From Hamiltosporidium tvaerminnensis FI-OER-3-3 (taxonomy: Eukaryota; Fungi; Microsporidia): a stretch of 64,000 nucleotides of DNA. Made by a program: the position numbers and the translations under genes. The notes below the pieces were generated by a model. The model was not told the DNA's origin, did not search any database, and saw only the letters and a program-made list of their open reading frames with translations. Below, piece by piece: positions 12,004-22,454 of this stretch. Positions within the stretch are counted from its first letter, which is position 1, and every line of letters starts with the position of its first letter. The DNA lies in NCBI GenBank assembly GCA_022605425.2, contig CM061246.1, positions 1,612,001-1,676,000 of the forward strand. Reading direction: 5' to 3'.

Positions 12004-12599
12004 AAATTTATCTCACATAGTTAATCAAAAAGCCTATAAATCACGACGTTTTATCCTATAAACTGGGTGTTATTATCAGTTAATTATATACACAATTTCA
12101 TTTGATATTCTGGGAAGTATTGCAACAAAATAGCATAAAATATATCTTGAATACTACAAACTATACAAACGGAGAGAATGCATTCACTTAATATTACTCA
12201 AAAAAGTCGAAATGATATCATATGACCGAGGAAAAATACTTTATTCGGGTGCAAATGGCGAAAAAGGCTGAGAATGAGCATCAATGAGTTATATTCGAGG
12301 ATTCAAATGTATTAAAGCAATTTTTTTTTGAAGAAATTCAATAAAATCAGATAGGAACAACTAAGTAAAAACAGAAGTAACAACTCCATATTTTTGAAAA
12401 AGTAATCACAAAAAAAATGTAAAGAATCAGATTTGAAGGTGAAACTTAATTCTTTACAGAGATGGAAAAAATATATGAAAGAGTTAAATGTTTTTAAAAT
12501 TAAAAGTCTAGAATATTTTTTTCAAAAAAAGTAATTTAATTTAGTAAGTTTTCCATTCTATTTTTTATTCGTTCAATAAAACCACAATTCTAAGTTCAC

Positions 12600-13050
12600 T
12601 TAAAAATTCGTAATTATAAATTCTTATAATATCCCCTCATTGGTAATCAAGTCATTTATACACAAATTTGTTGGAGTCTTTAAACCAAACTTGTGGCAAT
12701 GACTAGATTACTTATTTTATAGACTTATCTAATGTGGTAATGTTTTATGTAAAATTGTGTCTTGGTGAGTTATTTCTTCAAATACTATTACTTTTTTTAT
12801 TATTCTTTTCTTTCGTACATTTGACACCTTTTAGATACACCGAGTCAATGGTTTAAATGTGGTAATTTTTTCAGCAATTTATTTAATATTTATTTCGATA
12901 TCCGTAAGCTTAATACATTCTCGCTTGTTTGGGACAAAACTTGAATTAAAATGTTGTATGTATAGATGCTTTGTCAACATATATTACATACTAGCCTTTG
13001 GTGTTCCTACACTCTTCTGTTCTTGGTTAGGACTTAAATGCTCTTTTTAA
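12600..13050 (-). mobile_element. Possible very decayed R4-like RT/zinc-knuckle fragment
   Basis: Scattered minus-strand remnants in the expected order: TID..SKRCQM (cf. TVDHLATRCEKM), KFGLKT (cf. KYKFKS), ITNE (cf. ILDNE). Weak. Confidence 0.3.
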
Positions 13051-13169
13051 ATAATAAAAAAACAATTTAAATGATCTGTTAAATGTAATTTGTTCTGATT
13101 AATATGCCTCTATATTTATCCATATAAAAATTTACATAGATTATATTAAAATATTTATTGCGATAAAGT

Positions 13170-13430
13170 TGGTGAGAAGAGGATAACTTCATAAAAAGCT
13201 TTCTGCTTGACAATGAGTATGTGAGATCGGTTTAAAAATTATTGATTATATTTTAGGTGGAACCAAAACTAATCAAATTTATTGTTTTTCCGTTAAATTT
13301 TTCTATCGAGGAAAGATTCTAAGAAATGATGAAAATATTACTGTAAAGTTAGTTTGTAGTTTTTTAGTAACTAGTTGTGAAACTATTGCCAACATATTGA
13401 TTTTATCCCCATGCACAGGCATTTAAACCC
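13170..13430 (+). mobile_element. Old diverged 5' fragment of the structured unit
   Basis: gaggataacttcataaaaagctttctgcttgacaatgagtatgtgag...tctaagaaatgatgaaa...tttgtagttttttagtaac...ccatgcacaggcatttaaacc aligns with 17355-17610. Duplicate at ~49310-49570. Confidence 0.65.
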
Positions 13431-13639
13431 GATTTTCATTATCATATTAGAATACTTGGTATCTATGAAAATGCTAAAATTATATTCTTTAAAAAGTCAG
13501 GTATTTGAAGGAAAAGACTATGCCTGCTGATATTATATTGCAACGTCAATGCGAAATTATGTAGTCGCCAAAATGTATCCGAGTCGAATCTATTGATTTC
13601 TTTTAAGTTTAAAAAGTTAAGACCCTGCTGATTTTTTGG

Positions 13640-13890
13640 AAAGCCAAGGGTGAGCTTTTTTCACCATGCCGGCGCAGGATTGGCTTATAATATCCTCTGC
13701 TTGTCGTAATACCCGAATAAAAGGAACTAAACTTCTAATCTGGAGGTGTACGTAGGCCTTGCAACCATTCCTTTAAAACCACCATATTGCGAAACCCGAA
13801 GAAGTAAACAAACGCACAGAAAAAATACCGAGAAGATATAACCGAGGGTGGTCAAGGCTCGTACAGGGCTGTAGTGCCGATGATTATTGT
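13640..13890 (+). mobile_element. RTE-like SINE, second diverged copy
   Basis: atcctctgcttgtcgtaa...taaaagg, tttaaaaccaccatattgcgaaaccc, and an RTE-style 3' end caaggctcgtacagggctgtagtgccgatgattatt. Homologous to the minus-strand copy at 11770-12003. Confidence 0.6.
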
Positions 13891-14149
13891 GATAAAAATT
13901 TTTTGTTTCGTTTCGGAGTCGAAATATTCTTGGGCATAGAAGAAATATAGCAATATTGTGTAAAAACTAAACTTCCGAGAAGTTATTGTTTAAATAAAGA
14001 AAAAAATGTCGGAAATCGCTATGCAGAAACCTCGATAAAGTCCCTCGAAACGGAGTAATTTAACTAAAATAAATATAACTTTTAACTTTCTAAGTGTTAA
14101 GAGTCACTTAACCCAAGAAATACGCGAAAAAAATTTGCGCAAACGAGTT

Positions 14150-14450
14150 TTAACACCAAGAATGTAAATTTTGGCACTTTATAATGTAGCGAGAAATTTT
14201 GAATTGACTAAAAAATCAAAAAGGATCACATTTACTCTGTTCGCATTACTTAACAAAAATTAGTCGGAATTGTTGAAAAAGAATTCAAAAAAATGTGGCT
14301 TATTTATAAATTGTTTATAACTTTTATATGGTGTAGTGATTTTCAATTGAGCTGTTGGGATAGTATCTCACTAGATATTATATAAAGTACTTTGATTTTC
14401 TAAATAATAGTGAGAAAGCAGGAATAATTTAGTCAGTGGTTCTAAAAAAA
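14150..14450 (+). mobile_element. Possible decayed Ty3/gypsy integrase remnant
   Basis: WDSISLDII at ~14358 (copy 2: IPPEPL..SISLDII), preceded by a RNC*xx C-like stretch. Resembles the integrase CxxC..PW.SISMDFI junction. Short and weak. Confidence 0.3.
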
Positions 14451-15441
14451 ACAGTTGTATTCATTTATTACCGACGAAGAAATTCAGAGTCATGGGTATA
14501 TGCTGATGAAAGACATGAAAATATGCAATAAATAAGCCGAAATAAACTAAAACTATATTTTATTACAAACACTTACCAATAATAAATAAGATGTTCTGGA
14601 AAGAAACACCAAAACCGATATATCATAGTTAAATTTGAAACATAATTTAAGTATGAAAGAAAGTCTAAATAATACAGGAAATATAATAGGACAGCGTGAA
14701 TAAATTAAAATTTAAAAACATGACAATATTAAACAGATTTAATTTTTATTTTAGTGATTTAAAAATATATAGACAGATTTTAGCAGGCTTAAAAATATCA
14801 TAGGAAGAGCTTATTTGTTTGGATTATACAAAAAAATTCAGCAGCATTTAGCTTAGAGAATTAACTATTCGACGAAATTCTCGCCTGTGTAACATTTTAA
14901 TAATTTTAATCATAATTAATACAAAAATCCACTCAAACTTCCTCTATAACTGTTAGATTTAGCAATTTATTTCGATCGAGCTTCAAGTGTCGAATAATCA
15001 GTATAACACTTTTTGTACAGGCCCTTTATTTTTACAAATTTAGCTTCTATAATTTAATCAAATCATTGGAGCACATATATTTTAAATTAAATAAGAAAGA
15101 TAATCATATTGCAAATATTTAAAAAAAAATAATGATTATCTTTTCCATTATATTTTGATTTCTATTTTTATTTGCATAAAGTTGACAAGATAATCCTTCA
15201 TACTATATTCGCAGATGAAGTTAAACGCTTATAAACGGTTATGAATCCTGTCAATATAAAATTAGGATTACAATAATATTTTATTAGCTCACAATATATT
15301 AGTAAAGATATTGCACATAATTTGAATGGAAAAATGTAGTCAGAAGAAATTTTTAATAGCATCAATTTCGGTTTTTAATATTATAAGGGATCCTAAATAA
15401 TATTTAAGAACACGCATATAAACATATATACGTATTTAGAA

Positions 15442-16824
15442 CTAAATCCCTGCGCTTGTTTGTTTAAAATAAAAATAATTTAACCTCCAAATCATTTTTC
15501 TTGTTATGATATCTTTAAATCGCCTAGAAGTAAGACCTGGGTTCATAAAAACTTTAGAAACATAATGTAAAAAAAGATTGGATGTTTTTATAAATTGTAT
15601 ATAATTAACATATTTAGGTAATTTATCATATGAAATCATTTTTTCTAAATTATTTATGTTTTCAAGTATCCATTTTTTGAAATTATTATTAGAAATTCTC
15701 CTATCTTTTGCAAAATAATTCAAAGTGATTTCATCACAAAGTATTCTTTTATATGTTAAAGTAAGATCATTAAAAAGATGTTGTATACTTTTATTTCTCT
15801 TATAAGACTCGACAGTAATTTGAGCTCGTATATATCTTTTGATGTCAATATCTTTATTCCCAGGCTTTTGCTTTAGAGAATCATGGTTAGAAACCATTGA
15901 AGCTAGAAAAATCATACTTTCGGTCGGTAACAAAACAAATACATCAAATAACATGCCCGGCATTCCTGAACAAATATACTCAGGCGAAAAAACTCTATCA
16001 TAATGAGAATATAAAAAATCTACCTTTGATATGCTCTCAAATATTGTATATATACTTTCTTTTCCAAGTGTTATACAAATATTTTTTAGCATCCTCGATA
16101 TCAAACTAAATGAATACGAAATATTGCTTTGATTTTTAAGAAATATGTATGAGAATTCATTTTGTCCATTTCCTTCATAATCTACAAATATGAACGGTTT
16201 TAAAACGTCATAATTATACTCCATAATTGCTTTTATAACCTTCAAACACCATGGAATATATAAGACATTATTTACAAGATTTGAATCATTACATAGCGTA
16301 TTTTTAATCCATATTGGTAAAATCAAAAATATTGGTTTTAAATATATCATAGGCATTCCTCTTGTTTTAAAAAGTATCATAATATTATTCTTAAATCTTT
16401 CTAACAATTCGCTTGAAATATTTCCCTTTAATTTACGACTATGAAAGAGCTTATTTACAGATAATTTTATGTTTTCAGTCAAATCAAAAACATCATTAAT
16501 ATGACAAATTATGTCTTTCAAGAAAATATCGTAATCATTCTCTAATAAAGGAAAAAAATATTCTAATTCGTAAATTTCATCTTTTGAACAAACACGTTGT
16601 AAAATTTCAAATACAGCATACTGATTCGTTTTACAGATACAGGCGTCATAAGCATTAACAACTTCGTATTCTAATCTTGAAGCAATATGTTTAAATTTAT
16701 TATTTCTGGCCAATAATTTTCGACTAAAATCAGATTTATCTTTGGTCAGGTGGATGTCCTTTGCTTTTTGCGGTTTGTATGAATCTCTTGAGGTGTCGAA
16801 AGATGTAGTTACATGATCAAACAT
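15442..16824 (-). CDS. Hypothetical protein, 460 aa (probably the C-terminal part of a disrupted ~600-aa gene), copy 1
   Basis: Long ORF conserved at full length in both duplicates. No recognisable domain. Confidence 0.7.
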   Translation of the reverse strand: MFDHVTTSFDTSRDSYKPQKAKDIHLTKDKSDFSRKLLARNNKFKHIASRLEYEVVNAYDACICKTNQYAVFEILQRVCSKDEIYELEYFFPLLENDYDIFLKDIICHINDVFDLTENIKLSVNKLFHSRKLKGNISSELLERFKNNIMILFKTRGMPMIYLKPIFLILPIWIKNTLCNDSNLVNNVLYIPWCLKVIKAIMEYNYDVLKPFIFVDYEGNGQNEFSYIFLKNQSNISYSFSLISRMLKNICITLGKESIYTIFESISKVDFLYSHYDRVFSPEYICSGMPGMLFDVFVLLPTESMIFLASMVSNHDSLKQKPGNKDIDIKRYIRAQITVESYKRNKSIQHLFNDLTLTYKRILCDEITLNYFAKDRRISNNNFKKWILENINNLEKMISYDKLPKYVNYIQFIKTSNLFLHYVSKVFMNPGLTSRRFKDIITRKMIWRLNYFYFKQTSAGI

Positions 16825-17243
16825 GCATAATTATATGCTATGTTCGTTAACCCGGTATTATATTGAACAGCAGAGACAGGTATAATATTTGTTGGTTGTG
16901 TTTTGTTCAATAAAATATACCCAGCTATGCCAAATTCGGGATTATTACATAATAAAGCAGCATTGTAATAACACATTTGCGGCACAGGATAAAAATACAT
17001 CGTATTTTTGTCAGGCTGTAAATCTTCGGGTTGAGGAAGTGTGTTCTGAATGTTGTAACCATAATATTGCGAGTTATATGGAGTAGTGTGGCACTCATTT
17101 GATATAGGTGAGGATTCTTGTCAAGGAATTTGCTTCGGATCTAGCTGTTCGTCAGTGCTCCGTATCGTTGTGGCGCTATATATATTTGAAGATCTAATCA
17201 TATCTATAATTACCATACTTCTAATGTAATTGAAGCAAATCAT
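16809..17243 (-). pseudogene. Disrupted 5' extension of the 460-aa gene
   Basis: ttacccaATG at 17243 gives MICFNYIRSMVIIDMIRSS..., with in-frame TGA at codon 41 (17121-17123). The frame then runs on into ORF 16809-17000 and overlaps the 460-aa start in a different frame. Confidence 0.55.
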
Positions 17244-17250
17244 TGGGTAA
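17244..17250 (-). promoter_or_regulatory. CCC-like motif immediately upstream of ATG
   Basis: TTACCCA-ATG after an AT-rich stretch, the same TTACCC as before the HECT gene ATG. CCC motifs next to the start codon are typical of microsporidian genes. Confidence 0.5.
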
Positions 17251-17348
17251 TCATTTAAAACAATTTAAATATTATTTTTAGATAAAATATCTATTCGCCT
17301 ACAATTTAATAAATTAATTTAACAAATATATCTTTTTTAATAAAAGAC

Positions 17349-18076
17349 TTGTGGAGGGAGGATAACACAATTAAAAAATTTCTGCTTTGAAATGAGTGTG
17401 TGAAACTGGTGTGAGATCATTGTTTGGATTTTTGGTGGAAATATAACCACACTACATCTTCGGTTGTTCCATGGGAGTTGTTATGAGGAGAAGAGGTCTA
17501 AGAAATGGAGAAACTTTTTCTAAAAATTTATTTGTAGTTTTTTATGTAACCAGATTGCAGACCGCAGCTGAACATGTAGGTAATTGCCATGTAAAAGCAT
17601 GGAAACCTAGCCTTGTACCCTCGGGTTAGAAGACTTAGCGCCTGGGAGATATAAAAATAAAAACCATTAAAAGCCGGGAGAGCTAAGTAACAGGTTATAC
17701 CTGTTGTTATGACATTGCACTGTCTAGGTGGACCCCATGTAAGTCTCTAAAATATATCTTAGCCAGAAGTTTATTGGGTTCAGAAAGTGTAGAGTAAGTG
17801 GGAATGCTGCATAGTCTTGGAGGAGCCCAAGAGGGGGCTTCGGCCTTCGTTCACACTCCATGCAACGGACATTAACAAACACCGGGCAACTACCTCGCCT
17901 AGTAATTAGGTTCTACACACCTTGTAAATGAAAAGCTTTGGGACTTAGGTTTCGAAGGGGTTACCGATGGAGTGTTAGGGTAGCGGTCATTTATTTTAAA
18001 CCTAGAACTGCGTTAATGTCATGAAAACAAATATAACACTTGCCACTATTTTAAAAAGATGTGATACTTTTAAATA
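17349..18076 (+). mobile_element. Structured ~725-nt non-coding retroposed unit (SINE-like), full forward copy
   Basis: Multi-copy and GC-richer than its flanks. Many hairpins, including a C(UUCG)G loop at 17833-17848 and an ACACTCCAT/ATGGAGTGT long-range stem. Confidence 0.8.
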
Positions 18077-18144
18077 AAATGTTGTTAAAAAAATACATAC
18101 TTATTAAATATTTTAAAATTATTTAATTATATAATTCTTTCTTA

Positions 18145-18428
18145 ATGCTGCATAGTCTTGGGGGAGCCCAGGGGGGGCTTCGGCCTTCGATCACACTCCA
18201 TGCAACGGACATTAACAAAAACCGGGCAACTGCCTCGCCTATTAATTAGGTTCTACACACCTGGTAGATGAAAGGCTTTGGGACGTAGGTATCGCAGGGG
18301 TTACCGATGGAGTGTTGGGGTAGCAGTTATTTATGTTAAACCTAGAACTGCGTTAATGTCATAAAAACAAATATAACACTTGCCACTATTTTAAAAAGAT
18401 GTGATACTTTTAAATAAAGTATACTCTT
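18145..18428 (+). mobile_element. 5'-truncated copy of the structured unit with 15-bp TSD
   Basis: Matches 17804-18076. Flanked by tataattctttctta at 18130-18144 and 18429-18443. 5' truncation plus TSD is the signature of target-primed reverse transcription (TPRT). Confidence 0.78.
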
Positions 18429-18444
18429 TATAATTCTTTCTTAT

Positions 18445-21400
18445 ATGGGTAGAAAGAAAAATGTTAGCAGCGAAATATCAAAAAATACTAAAATAAAAGC
18501 CGAAAACGACGCTGATGTGGTTAAGAAAAGTGATAGTGGCAAACAAAAATGTGAGCTACACCTACCGGCGATTTCCCTACCTTACTTCTCCTTCACAACA
18601 ATAACACATCCACTACCAAGTTAAACATGCAGTAACATGCAAAATAGTGGGCTTGACACTTTAGCTTCGCCTAATACACCCCTCCTCTTCGGTTAAAGTC
18701 TCTGCGCGCGAGCCATCGTACGACATGACAAACCCCTGTGCTCTAGCTATTCCGGAAGGTAACAGGCTAATGGCATTGCAGACGATATTCGATTCTGTAA
18801 CAGCCGACCCGAAGGAATGGCCTCGAATTGTTTTTTTTTTGCAGTATAGAAAAGGTTTGAAAGAATGCCAAGAAATGGCTGGACAGAGCTTCACAGGTAC
18901 TATAATGAGAAATTCGGCTGCAATGAAACTCTCGAAGTGTTAAAAAAATTGGCAAAAAGTGAGATAGGAAGGGAATTAATATCAGAAGCGGATGAAGAGC
19001 AACGTAGAATCGCCACTTGCCTCACTGATACATGCATCTTGACTGACACCACTGAGTACATAAACCTGAGAGATAAATTTTTTGGTAAAATCAAAGAAAT
19101 CTCGGAGAAGGAAATCGGAAAAGTAAGGGTACGAACTAGAAAACATACAAATGAATTGTTTGACAGTAAAGTTCCGGATCGTATTAATCGAGTAGTCATT
19201 GAATATGCCAAAGCTCATGTACCCGAGTCCATTACCGACGCGGCGCATATCATGCAAGCTGCACAGGTATGCTATAACGAGGCAGCACGTAAAGAGAAGT
19301 TTAGATTCGCTTGGAAGGAAAACATAAAAAGTAAAAGGCTAAGTTAGTACTTTCTGTGATATTATTTATATCACAAAATATAATATTTTTATTTTATATT
19401 TTAAAATAAAAAAGAGGCGTGTGCAATCATGAACAAAATTAATAAAGACAAATTTTCTAAAAGCAATTCTTTCTTTACAACAACAAAGGAATAGTGAGAA
19501 GGAAGACGATCTTCTTGTTATAGACGTACTTCAAACTTAGCTGCCTTTTCGGAAATAACGGCACTTTCCAAAGATCTTCTCGAGAAGGCTCGTAAGCAGG
19601 AAAAGCTCTCCACTTCGGAAACGAAGAGCCTTAAGAACCTCATGCGAGAGTTTAATTTTAACTTGAGCAGTGTAACTGATCTTTCCGAGGCTTTAGTTAA
19701 GAAGAATGAGTCTTTGAATGTTTACGAGAAAAAAATTACGATGCATGAAAGTAGGAAGCAATTCCGAAAATAGAATCGTATGTTTGAGCTTTTCCGAGGT
19801 CAATTTTATCGTTGGTTATCTGAGCGTGTGGAATCCGAGCATGTGGTTAGCCGTGATGAAATTGTGAGTTTTTGGTCTACAATGTAGAACAAAAATAATG
19901 ACACAGTCACGTATGATGATTATTTGATTCCATTTGTATCAGATACGCAACAGACTACGTTTCCTTCACTTGATGAATTTGTAAATATCATTAATTGGCT
20001 TCCCAATTGGAAAGCTGCTGGAATTGATGGTATTTACAATTTTTTCATACAGAAACTTACAACTCTTCACGAATATCTTTATGATATTGTGAAAGTTATA
20101 TGTTTAGAAGGAACACCTCAAGCTGATTGGTTTTACTGCGGGCTTACTTATTTATACCTAAAGGAATTTCGCAAAGAGGCTCTGACTACAGGCCAATCAC
20201 TTGTATGTCTAACCTCTACAAATTTACGACAAAGTGTGCAACGAAAGTCGTTCAAATTGAAGTGGAAAGGCGAGAGTTGCTTGTAGAGAACTAATTAGGG
20301 GCGTTAAGAGGTGTGCAGGGAGCGAAAGAGCAGGCTCTACTGAATATTGCCTTAAATAAAAAGTACGGAAACAATCTTAAGGCAGCATGGATTGATGTTA
20401 AAATAGCTTCTGATTCAATACATCATGCCTTTTTAACTTAATGCATTGAAAACCTTAATTTACCTGATTAATACTAAAATTTATTAAGGTAATTATATCA
20501 AAATAGAAAATTGATATATCAGTAGGGCATGAAAAAATCATGAGCAAGAAGATTGAGAGAGGGATTCGTCAAGATGATAGTTTGTCACCATTGTTATTTG
20601 TGTTGTGTATGAATCCATTAAGCCGAAAGCTCAATGAAAAATACACAAGAGTGACAGTACAAACAGATGCAGAATCTCATTCTACTAATCATCTCTTGTT
20701 TATTGATGATCTAAAGCTCCTTGCTAAAGACATTTCAACATTGAGTGCTATGACAGACGAGGCAAAGGAATTTTTAGAGGTGATTGGGTTAGAGATTAAC
20801 AAAGAGAAGTCAGCCACAAATGATACGTGTTGTGAAGATACTGCTACTCTTCTAGAAGGTGTTAGTGTTTACAAATATTTAAGGACAATAGAAGATAGCA
20901 GAGGAATCCCAACACGTAGCTCATTTGAAGAAGTACAGAGCAAACTTATATCAAGAGTTGAAAAACTTTGTCACACTAGATTAAATGCAAAAAATCTATT
21001 TTCTGCAATCAATCAACATGCGATATCGTTAATCAGCTATCACATAAGAGTACTTCGACTTGAACCGGCTGACTTCTCTAAGTTAGATGATGCACTGCGT
21101 GCGGTGTATGTGAAAAATAAGATACATATTCGCCCAGGATGCAAAGAGCGTTTGTACCTTCCTAGAACAGAACTTGGAAGAGGTCTACATAGTGTGAGTT
21201 GTGAATTGAACATATGCTTCTGCAACTCTTGGATTGTCTGGAAAAAAGTAAAGAAATATCAACTAGACGAGCAGCAATCCTCAAGGTGGAGAATAATAAT
21301 AAAACCCATCTTGCACTAATAAAAGGCTTCTTAAAAGTAAAGTACAAGTTGGTAGAAGAAGTCACTAAGAAAAGTTTAGAAGAAGCTCAACTTGCAAAAC

Positions 21401-22454
21401 TATATAACGAAATAGAAAAACGAAAACTCCATTCAAAGTTATATAATGCAAGGAAAAATGAACTGTAAGTGTTAGTGACTCTTCAATATGCTAAAAAGAG
21501 GGAATATTAAGCCATGCAATGAAGCTGTGTCTGCTATATCCAGGATAGAATGTATTCTGGGGAGCAGATGGTGTGTGTCAACATTGCGGGAAGTCTGGTA
21601 AGACTGTAGATCATCTAGCAATTTGATGTGAAAAAATGCTAGGCCATGACTACACCAGACGGCATAATGAAGTGGTTAGATGCCTACACCTTCTCCTTCC
21701 AAATAGATATAAGTTTAAGTCCTAAAAACGAATTAGGAGTCACTCAGTTAAAGAAATTCTTGATAATGAGTATGCAGAGATAAGAGTAGACACCAGAATA
21801 AAAACTGATGTTAAAATTCGGAATAACAGACCCGACATATTTATTTTATTTTAGATAAGAAGAATAAGATAACACTCATTGAAGTAGGAATCACTTCCCT
21901 AAATTCACTTCAAATAGTTGAAACTGAAAAACTTAGAAAGTATGACCTGCTAGCCAATGATTTGGGCCTTATTTATAGGTGTAGTGTTGAGATAATCCCT
22001 TATGTGATGACCTGGGACGGTATTGTGACAAAATACCATAAATCTCATCTTAAAAGACTAGAAATACCCATGAATGTAGAGGCATACATTCAGTCTAAGG
22101 TACTTAAGAAAACAGTCGAAACAATTTCCTTTGATCGACGAAGAGGACTTGAGTCAGGACTAAATGCCGAAGAGAGCTAAGAGAGAGCGTCAATGGGTAT
22201 TATTATGAGATCAGAGATGCATGAGGAACCAACACCCTCTTTAAAAGAAACGAAGAGAGAGGAAGATGGTGCAAAAAATTTAAAACCCAAAAAATAATAC
22301 ACCCCATATTTCACAAGGAGGAACCACTTTAGAGGAACCGACCAATAACATAAATGAAGAGTCGGATTTGGAAGAAGAGATAGCAGTGGTTAAAGGGGTA
22401 GAAGAAAACATAAAAAAATGATAAAAATATTTTAACCCAAAAATTTATTATATA
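18445..22454 (+). mobile_element. R4/Dong-like non-LTR retrotransposon (subfamily A), full length, inactivated
   Basis: Fragmented single ORF: MGRKK start, WKAAGIDG, QDDSLSPLLF, HLLFIDDLKL, RLYLPRTELGRGL, CQHC..DHL..C knuckle, RHNEVV, RPD..EVGIT..EKLRKY endonuclease. 13-bp TSD aattctttcttat at 18432-18444 and 22455-22467. Many stops and frameshifts. Confidence 0.9.
19355..19563. mobile_element. 209-bp solo LTR-like insertion nested in element A
   Basis: Begins TG and ends CA, with 5-bp TSD ctttc (19350-19354 and 19564-19568). Element B has the uninterrupted site (ttagtactttccaaagatc). Confidence 0.75.

Noticed and set aside
12230-12330. Possible RTE RT C-terminal remnant (..NELYS..)
   Set aside because: Too short and degenerate to support.
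17787-17803. gtgtagagtaagtggga resembles a eukaryotic LSU rRNA motif
   Set aside because: The match is only ~17 nt and the flanks do not follow rRNA sequence, so no rRNA is called.
17860-17990. HDV-like or hammerhead ribozyme in the structured unit (ttcctcg loop in the reverse copy)
   Set aside because: I could not build the P1/P2/P3/P1.1 nested pseudoknot or find a CUGANGA...GAAA core by eye. Left as an unassigned structure.
17349-18444. Structured unit as the 5' UTR of element A, or a Penelope-like pseudo-LTR
   Set aside because: A's TSD lies between the unit and the ATG, B and C lack the unit upstream, the unit also occurs alone in reverse, and the RT is R4-type with an RLE rather than GIY-YIG.
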